The translations under genes and the position numbers were made by a program. 58,282 bases of DNA from positions 1 to 58,282 of the forward strand of contig MHQP01000039.1 in NCBI GenBank assembly GCA_001820685.1, written 5' to 3'. Numbering within the stretch: the stretch's first letter is position 1; each line of letters starts with the position of its first letter. This stretch comes from Candidatus Sungbacteria bacterium RIFCSPLOWO2_01_FULL_47_32. GTDB taxonomy: Bacteria > Patescibacteriota > Minisyncoccia > Sungbacterales > GWA2-42-14. Under the pieces are notes generated by a model that saw only the letters and a program-made list of their open reading frames with translations, made no database searches and had not been told where the DNA came from. This document shows positions 27,807-33,940 of this stretch, one piece after another.

Positions 27807-29201
27807 ATGACAAAACTTAATCGCTTTATGTTTCGCGAATACGATATCCGCGGAAGGATAGACGACCCCGACCAGCTGAACCCCCAGGCGATAGACGCCA
27901 TCGGGAGGGCGTTTGCCGTATTTTTGAAACGGCGGGGAATTACTGAAGCCATTGTAGGGCACGATGCGCGGGATTACTCAAGGACCGTCAAGGACCAGAC
28001 GGTGCGGGTGCTTTTGGAATCCGGCATCAATGTTATTGAAATAGGGCAAGTTCTTGTGCCCATTTTTTATTTCTCCCAATATCATCTTCAAAAAAAAGCC
28101 GGCGTCATGATAACCGCCTCCCACAATCCGTGGGGCTGGAGCGGCTTCAAGCATGCGTATGACTTTGCGACGACCCTCATGCCTGCCGACACCCAGGAGC
28201 TCTATGACATTGCTTCAAAAGGGGAGTTCATAACGGGCGAAGGCAAGAGCCAGCTATACGAAGGCATCATTGAAGACTATACGAAAGACATTTTATCGCG
28301 GGTGAAACTCCAGCGCCCAATGAAAGTGTTGCTTGACACGGGAAACGGCACGGCAGGCGCAATCGCACCGGATATTTTGCGCAGAGCCGGGTGCGAAGTC
28401 ATCGAACAATACACGGAAGTACTGGGCGCTCACCGGCACCACGACGCAAACCCCTCGACGATGGGGATGCTCGACGCAATGACGGCAGGCGTCAAAAAAA
28501 ATCAGGTTGATATCGGACTCGGGTTCGACGACGACGGCGACAGGGTTGGGGCGGTGGATGAAAAAGGGGATATTGTCTGGCCGGACAGGATTTTAATATT
28601 GCTTGCGCGTTTGGTATTGAAGGAACATCCGGGAGGAAAAATTGTTTTTGACGTAAAAAGCACGCAGGCCATAGCTGACGATGTTATGGTCCACGGCGGG
28701 ATTCCCGTCATGTGGAAGACGGGCCATTCATATATAAAGTCAAAAGCCAAAGAGATTGAGGCGGCCCTTGCGGGGGAGAGGTCAGGGCATATTTTCTTCA
28801 ATAAGTACAAATTTGACGACGGAATATTCGCCGGAGTGAAATTGCTTGAATACTTAAGCACCGAGTCAGACCCGTTCTCAAAAATCGTAAGCAACCTTCC
28901 GTATTATATTTCCTCTCCCGTGTGGCATGCGCCGTGCGCTGATGATAAAAAATATACCGTTGTCGAAAAATTGACGGCAGAATTCAAGGCGCAATACGGA
29001 GCGGATAAAGTTATTGATATTAATGGCGCTCGCGTGTACCTCGAAGACGGATGGGGATTGGTTCGTGCCTCGTCAAATGTTCCGGCACTCGTTTTAGTTT
29101 TTGAAGCAAAAACGCTTGATGGATTGCAAAATATCGAGAAAATATTTAAAGAAAAACTCGCCAAGTTCCCGGAGGTTGGGATGGAGTGGGAAAGTGGGTA
29201 G
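27807..29201 (+). CDS. Phosphomannomutase/phosphoglucomutase
   Basis: Phosphoserine loop TASHNPWGWSGFK, Mg loop GFDDDGDR and sugar loop GERSGH. Confidence 0.9.
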   Translation: MTKLNRFMFREYDIRGRIDDPDQLNPQAIDAIGRAFAVFLKRRGITEAIVGHDARDYSRTVKDQTVRVLLESGINVIEIGQVLVPIFYFSQYHLQKKAGVMITASHNPWGWSGFKHAYDFATTLMPADTQELYDIASKGEFITGEGKSQLYEGIIEDYTKDILSRVKLQRPMKVLLDTGNGTAGAIAPDILRRAGCEVIEQYTEVLGAHRHHDANPSTMGMLDAMTAGVKKNQVDIGLGFDDDGDRVGAVDEKGDIVWPDRILILLARLVLKEHPGGKIVFDVKSTQAIADDVMVHGGIPVMWKTGHSYIKSKAKEIEAALAGERSGHIFFNKYKFDDGIFAGVKLLEYLSTESDPFSKIVSNLPYYISSPVWHAPCADDKKYTVVEKLTAEFKAQYGADKVIDINGARVYLEDGWGLVRASSNVPALVLVFEAKTLDGLQNIEKIFKEKLAKFPEVGMEWESG

Positions 29202-29367
29202 CTCGTCTGTCATAATTTTCTTCTCCAAGGAGGGGACCTCACAACCTCCCTGTTATAAAGCCATATTCGGCAATTCGACTCCTCCTTGAGTTCAGAAAAT
29301 CATGACCAGACTCGCTGGGAGGATTTTACTAAAGGAATTCAGATTTTAAAGAATCCGTCTGGCGCTC

Positions 29368-29395
29368 TTGCATATTATTTTCTATGTGCTATGCT
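29368..29395 (+). promoter_or_regulatory. Putative promoter of the candidate sRNA
   Basis: TTGCAT (29368-73), a 16-nt spacer, then TATGCT (29390-95). Confidence 0.35.
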
Positions 29396-29401
29396 TTAGG
29401 C

Positions 29402-29553
29402 ATTGACTTCTCCGCGAAGTCGGTTGCTAGTAGCTTCGGCTGTAGCAGTCGTAGGACCAAGCCTTCGGGCAAAGGTTCTGGGCACCGTTTAGCGAGAGCT
29501 TCATGGCTATAGACATGTGAGCTTTTGTGAGACCGCGGGATCGCGGTTTTTTT
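29402..29553 (+). ncRNA. Candidate ~150-nt structured small RNA (unclassified)
   Basis: Consecutive hairpins GACTTC-TCCGC-GAAGTC, TTGCT(A)GTAGC-TTCG-GCTGTAGCAG and GGACC-AA-GCC-TTCG-GGC-AAA-GGTTC. It ends in the terminator ACCGCG-GGAT-CGCGGT plus a T-run (29532-29553). There is no plausible ORF. Confidence 0.35.
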
Positions 29554-29598
29554 ATTTGCCGCGCATGTTAATCATTCTTAAATCTAACAAAAGCACAT

Positions 29599-30804
29599 AT
29601 GTCTAAGTTAACTGTTATAAAATTTCCAGTCTATTCCTTCCGCAAGCAACCGACTCCACTGGATAATACTGGAAAGGGCAAATACCATCTCGTTGTTAAT
29701 GTTGCGGATGTTCCTCCAGAAATAAACGACTGGAGAGAACTCAACATTCGCGATCCAAAGGAGGAAATACGTGTACCGAAAGAGATTCGCACTAGTTTGC
29801 GAGATAAGCCAACAGAGTTCTTTTTTAAGAACAGGGGGCTCTTGATAGTGGTCGACGAGGTCACATTTGACAACAAAACCAATATGGTGGAGCTACGGTT
29901 CTCGGATCCAATCATGAATGGCTTGGCGGATGGAGGCCATACCTATCGTGTAATTCGGAAGCACGTGGACGGTCTTTCCGAGGACGAACGCAAGGAGATC
30001 GAGGCTTTTGTATCCGTTGAGTGTTTAGAAGGATTCAAGACCCGAGAAGAGATCGTGCCTGTAATTGAAGCTCGAAATAATTCAACACCGGTCCAGGAGC
30101 AAAGCACGCTCGAACTTTTGGGCTGCTTCGACAAGATAAAAGAAGTACTAAAGGATAGGCCTTATGCCTCGCGTATCTTCTACAAGCAATATGAAGAATC
30201 TCTCGGCGATGTCCTCAAGGATATAGATATAAAGGAGCTGCTGTCGTATCTTGCTTGTTTTGATGCCGAAGGATACGATGACAAATCTCATCCAATTAAG
30301 GCATATTCTTCTCGAGGCGCGATTGTTGAACATTTCAAGAACAACCAAAAACGTCTGGAAAAATATATTCCGCTACTTCCGGAAATTCTAGAATTGCATG
30401 ACACGATCTACGAACGACTTCCTGTCGTCTACAACAAGACAAAGAAAGGTGAGAACGGTGAGAAAGGGGGAAAATTCGGAAAACTCAAAGGGGTTGATAA
30501 GGTGGAGCGTGGACCCCTCGAAGAATTGGTTTTTTTGGGGAAGGAATCAGAATTTCGAATCCCAAGCGGCTTCATATACCCAATACTTGCAAGTTTTCGG
30601 AATCTCGTAGACACAAAGGGCGGAAAGTGTTCTTGGAAGGCCGATCCTTTTAAGTTTTTCTCAGAACTTGAAAGTGAACTAGTGGCTGTGGTTGGTGAAC
30701 AAGCTTTAGCGCTCAAAAACCCCAATGCACTAGGGAAAGATACTGCTACGTGGCGATTATGTTATGCCCTTGTAGAGAATACTGTTCTTAAGCGGCATCT
30801 CTAA
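29599..30804 (+). CDS. AIPR-like (abortive-infection phage-resistance family) protein
   Basis: A 401-aa ORF. The segment NRGLLIVVDEVTF...VELRFSDPIMNGLADGGHTYRVI resembles the AIPR core (G-I-x-I-V...I-x-NG-x-QT). The RM-adjacent context fits this family. The call is by eye only. Confidence 0.5.
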   Translation: MSKLTVIKFPVYSFRKQPTPLDNTGKGKYHLVVNVADVPPEINDWRELNIRDPKEEIRVPKEIRTSLRDKPTEFFFKNRGLLIVVDEVTFDNKTNMVELRFSDPIMNGLADGGHTYRVIRKHVDGLSEDERKEIEAFVSVECLEGFKTREEIVPVIEARNNSTPVQEQSTLELLGCFDKIKEVLKDRPYASRIFYKQYEESLGDVLKDIDIKELLSYLACFDAEGYDDKSHPIKAYSSRGAIVEHFKNNQKRLEKYIPLLPEILELHDTIYERLPVVYNKTKKGENGEKGGKFGKLKGVDKVERGPLEELVFLGKESEFRIPSGFIYPILASFRNLVDTKGGKCSWKADPFKFFSELESELVAVVGEQALALKNPNALGKDTATWRLCYALVENTVLKRHL

Positions 30805-30813
30805 TTATTTAGT

Positions 30814-30848
30814 GAACCAAAAACTCCCAAAGTGGGAGTTTTTGGTTC
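30814..30848 (+). terminator. Very strong hairpin after the AIPR-like gene
   Basis: Perfect 15-bp stem GAACCAAAAACTCCC/GGGAGTTTTTGGTTC with loop AAAGT. The T tract lies inside the 3' arm rather than after it. Confidence 0.5.
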
Positions 30849-31000
30849 AAAGGAGGTGGGGATAAGGAGATGCTTATATTGTTCTGGTTTTTGTGATTCA
30901 TAAGGAAAGTTTTCCGCAGGCTCCCTCCCTCTTCCTGGGCATAACGTGGTATGGAAAATATATTTTAGAAAGGTATACTGAGTACGGAAAATAAATTTTT

Positions 31001-31834
31001 ATGAAGAAGGAGGCTTCAGCAAAAATACTCGCAAACGTTAAGGAAAAACCATATTTTGTAAGGGGAAATTTTGTTTTATATAACGCGGATTCTTTAAAAA
31101 TTCTTGAGCAACTTCCAGAAAATTCTATTGACATGATCTTTGCTGACCCGCCCTATAACTTATCAAATGGCGGTTTTAGCGTTCATGCCGGTAGAATGGT
31201 AAGCGTTAACAAAGGAGATTGGGACAAAAGCAAAGGGTTTAAAGACGACTATGAATTTCATTATCGGTGGCTTGAGGCATGCAAGAAGGTTTTAAAGCCC
31301 GGAGGCACTCTTTGGGTAAGTGGGACTTACCACTCAATATACCAATGCGGACACGCTATCCAATCGCTTGGCTATCATATTCTCAATGATATTTCGTGGT
31401 TTAAACCGAACGCTTCTCCTAATTTGAGTTGCCGTTTTTTTACTGCAAGTCACGAGACCTTAATCTGGGCAAGAAAAGAAAAGAAGGGAAAACACACCTT
31501 CAATTATGGCTTAATGAAAACCGGCAACTGGCCAGAAGATCAACTTAAAAAGCCTGGATTACAAATGCGCTCCGTTTGGTCTATGGGCACACCTAAACCC
31601 TTCGAAAAGAAATTTGGTAAACACCCAACACAAAAGCCCCTGAGTTTATTACAGCGGATTGTTTTGGCAAGCACGCAAAAAGGCGATGTTGTACTGGACC
31701 CTTTTGCAGGAAGCTCTACCACAGGTCTTGCGGCGGCGGCAAATCAGAGAAAATTTATTGGTATTGATACTGAGAAAAAATATCTTGATTTGTCAATTAA
31801 AAGGTTTGGAGATGTAGATAAAAAATTATTATAA
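31001..31834 (+). CDS. Site-specific DNA methyltransferase, beta class (N6-adenine or N4-cytosine)
   Basis: Motif IV IFADPPYN is near the N-terminus and motif I VLDPFAGSSTTG near the C-terminus. This order defines the beta class of the N6_N4 MTase family. Confidence 0.9.
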   Translation: MKKEASAKILANVKEKPYFVRGNFVLYNADSLKILEQLPENSIDMIFADPPYNLSNGGFSVHAGRMVSVNKGDWDKSKGFKDDYEFHYRWLEACKKVLKPGGTLWVSGTYHSIYQCGHAIQSLGYHILNDISWFKPNASPNLSCRFFTASHETLIWARKEKKGKHTFNYGLMKTGNWPEDQLKKPGLQMRSVWSMGTPKPFEKKFGKHPTQKPLSLLQRIVLASTQKGDVVLDPFAGSSTTGLAAAANQRKFIGIDTEKKYLDLSIKRFGDVDKKLL

Positions 31835-31890
31835 AAATTATTACTCGTGCAGTAGCAATAAAAAATCTTAAGAAATATGTTGGTAGAGAC

Positions 31891-32451
31891 TTGCGCGAAC
31901 TTGCCCTAAGGCATGGTATTACAACCTACGAAACTGGCAAGCAAAATAAGGGCTGGAAAGGGCTAATTCTTGAAAGACTTGCTGGTTTGCAAACAAATAT
32001 TTCCAAAGCTCCTAACGGTCTTACCTATGAACTTAAGTCAGTAAGTTTTCACTATGTAAAAGGCAAACTTGTACCAAAGGAGACGATGGCTATTACGATG
32101 ATCAATTCGAAAGAACTTAAAGCACATTCTTTTTTAGAAAGTCACTGTTGGGCGAAGCTCAAAACTATCGTCTTCTGTGCCGTAATGTGGCATGGTAAAA
32201 ATTCTGAAAAAGCAGAGTTGCTGCAAGTCACAAGCCTCGACTTTGCGGAAACAGATGAGGTTATTAAAGAAATCAAAGCAGATTACGATTTTATTAGGAA
32301 TAAACTGATTAAAAAAGGTTTCAACAGCCTCACAGGCAAAGATGGGAAATGGATACAAGCTAGAACGAAGGGCGCTGGACACGGCTCCACCAGCCGAGCT
32401 TTTTATGCACGCAAGGAAATGGTAAAAAAGATTTTTACGATTGCTAAATGA
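31891..32451 (+). CDS. MutH/Sau3AI-family endonuclease (single-domain)
   Basis: NKGWKGLILERLAG, YELKS (E-x-K) and GKWIQARTKGAG...RAFYARKEMV parallel E. coli MutH DKGWIGVLLEIWLGA, VELKT and GEYLQIRPKAA...RGFYLKKNF. The TTG start is provisional. MutH-like sequence continues upstream in frame to 31822 with no ATG or GTG. Confidence 0.7.
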   Translation: MRELALRHGITTYETGKQNKGWKGLILERLAGLQTNISKAPNGLTYELKSVSFHYVKGKLVPKETMAITMINSKELKAHSFLESHCWAKLKTIVFCAVMWHGKNSEKAELLQVTSLDFAETDEVIKEIKADYDFIRNKLIKKGFNSLTGKDGKWIQARTKGAGHGSTSRAFYARKEMVKKIFTIAK

Positions 32452-32508
32452 AAAACGAACGAAAAATGGGAAAATGGGGTCAGGAGCCCTTTAGCAAAAA
32501 AATAAAAA

Positions 32509-32527
32509 ACCGCTTTGGCGGTTTTTT
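32509..32527 (+). terminator. Terminator after the nuclease gene
   Basis: ACCGC-TTTG-GCGGT followed by TTTTTT. Confidence 0.65.
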
Positions 32528-32548
32528 GCAAACACATCCATAGTGGAC

Positions 32549-32750
32549 CATTCTTACCTCATTTTGAACGACCATCCATTTTGAGGTAAGAATGATTACA
32601 GCCCGATTTTAGCACTCCTTGTTCCTCTTTATGTTAACTGAAAATGAACGATCGGCCAATTTGAGTTAACATAAAATTGTAGCTGGTTTACGCTAGAGGA
32701 TATCATCTTATCCCATATTGAACAATCATCCACTTTAAGGTAAGATAATG
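32549..32750 (+). repeat. Tandem array of three related hairpins (period about 74-80 nt) with a conserved loop and covarying stems
   Basis: U1: CATTCTTACCTCA (32549-61) pairs with TGAGGTAAGAATG (32582-94). U2: TTTATGTTAACT (32628-39) pairs with AGTTAACATAAA (32664-75). U3: ATCTTATCC (32705-13) pairs with GGTAAGAT (32739-46), with one bulge. The loops share TGAAC-RAYC-RKCCA-YTTTRA. Confidence 0.75.
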
Positions 32751-32792
32751 AAAGCGAAGACTGCGTCAGACATCATTTCCTAAGTAAAAACC

Positions 32793-33488
32793 ATGGAGGT
32801 AAATAATAAAATTGCCATTGTTACAGGGGCGTCCGAGGGGATAGGCCTCGCTTTGTCGAGAGCCCTTACGCGCGAGGGTGCTCGTGTGGTGCTTGCCGCC
32901 CGCTCGGAAGATAAGCTCAAGGAAATTGAAAAAGAATTGCCGGGCTCGCTTGCGGTAGCGGCTGATTTGAGAAAGCCGGAAGATATCGCGCGTCTCGTTA
33001 AGCTAGCTATCGAAAAGTTCGGCCGTGTTGATATTCTGGTTAATAACGCCGGGCAAGGAATTTATGGTCCGGTTGAAATGATAGATATTGACCAATATAA
33101 AGAAGTTTTAGAACTGAATCTTTTTGCGGTAATACGCGCGATGCAGGCAGTCATTCCGCATATGAGGAGTCAGGGCGGCGGCATAATTGTAAATATCAGT
33201 TCAATGCTTTCGAAACAAATAATTCCGGGACTTGCGCCATACGCTTCAATGAAATATGCCATAAACGCGCTTTCGCTTACTGCGCGGATGGAACTCGCGA
33301 AAGATAACATTATTGTGAGCGTTTTTCATCCAAAAGTGACAGTCACGCATTTTGGCCTGAACGCCATCAATCCTCGCACGGACGGCCGGGAGACCGGAGT
33401 TGCAGGGCCTGATACCGATACCGCCGAAGACGTCGCCTGGCATATAGTCGATTTGATACGGTCTGAACAGGCCGAAATGATGATGTGA
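32793..33488 (+). CDS. Short-chain dehydrogenase/reductase (SDR) family oxidoreductase
   Basis: TGASEGIGLA (TGxxxGxG), NNAG and YASMKYA (YxxxK). Confidence 0.9.
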   Translation: MEVNNKIAIVTGASEGIGLALSRALTREGARVVLAARSEDKLKEIEKELPGSLAVAADLRKPEDIARLVKLAIEKFGRVDILVNNAGQGIYGPVEMIDIDQYKEVLELNLFAVIRAMQAVIPHMRSQGGGIIVNISSMLSKQIIPGLAPYASMKYAINALSLTARMELAKDNIIVSVFHPKVTVTHFGLNAINPRTDGRETGVAGPDTDTAEDVAWHIVDLIRSEQAEMMM

Positions 33489-33534
33489 GATATGCGTGCA
33501 GTATCAGAGGAAATATCGTTAGGTACTTTTTATT

Positions 33535-33753
33535 ATGGAAATTGAAAAAACAATTATCGGAGCAATATTCTTAGCGATAGGGCTTGTGTATGCCGGATTT
33601 CCCGGTTTGCAGGTCAAATCGCAGGTCTGGTGGTTTAGGCGCGTTCTGGGGGCGGAGCTCATTCCGTCGCAAAAAACTTTTCTCGTCTACCGCCTTTTCG
33701 GGGTGGTCTGCCTCGTCTTCGGATTAGCGCTTCTTTTGGGAACTAAGTTCTAG
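33535..33753 (+). CDS. Small membrane protein (72 aa, two TM helices)
   Basis: Two hydrophobic stretches separated by a basic loop (WWFRR). There is no homology signal. Confidence 0.4.
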   Translation: MEIEKTIIGAIFLAIGLVYAGFPGLQVKSQVWWFRRVLGAELIPSQKTFLVYRLFGVVCLVFGLALLLGTKF

Positions 33754-33940
33754 AAAGTGCGTCCGGGACCTTTTTATAAAAAACAAAAAACCGTTTCTTA
33801 AAACATTTTGCGGCCTAAAATACTTCAAGTTCGGCCAAGCAAAATGTTCGGACAGTAGAAGTTTCGCCAGGAACCTTGATTTAGGCGGGCGGTTTTGACG
33901 AAATGCCGATTTTAGCGATAATGGATTTAGGAATTTTTAT

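Noticed and set aside
29200-29600. A tRNA or tmRNA integration site at the island boundary
   Set aside because: I found no cloverleaf, no T-loop (GTTCRANYC) and no CCA-type 3' end here or anywhere else in the window's intergenic regions.
32549-32750. The hairpin array as a CRISPR array or a type III toxin-antitoxin RNA repeat
   Set aside because: The repeats are only about 60-75% identical, and each is an inverted repeat around a conserved core rather than identical direct repeats with unique spacers. No cas gene or ToxN-like gene is adjacent.
33760-33940. A T-box leader upstream of gltX
   Set aside because: There is no T-box consensus (AAUUAGGGUGGUACCGCG-like), no specifier-loop architecture and no terminator/antiterminator pair. 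Only the inverted repeat reported separately is present.
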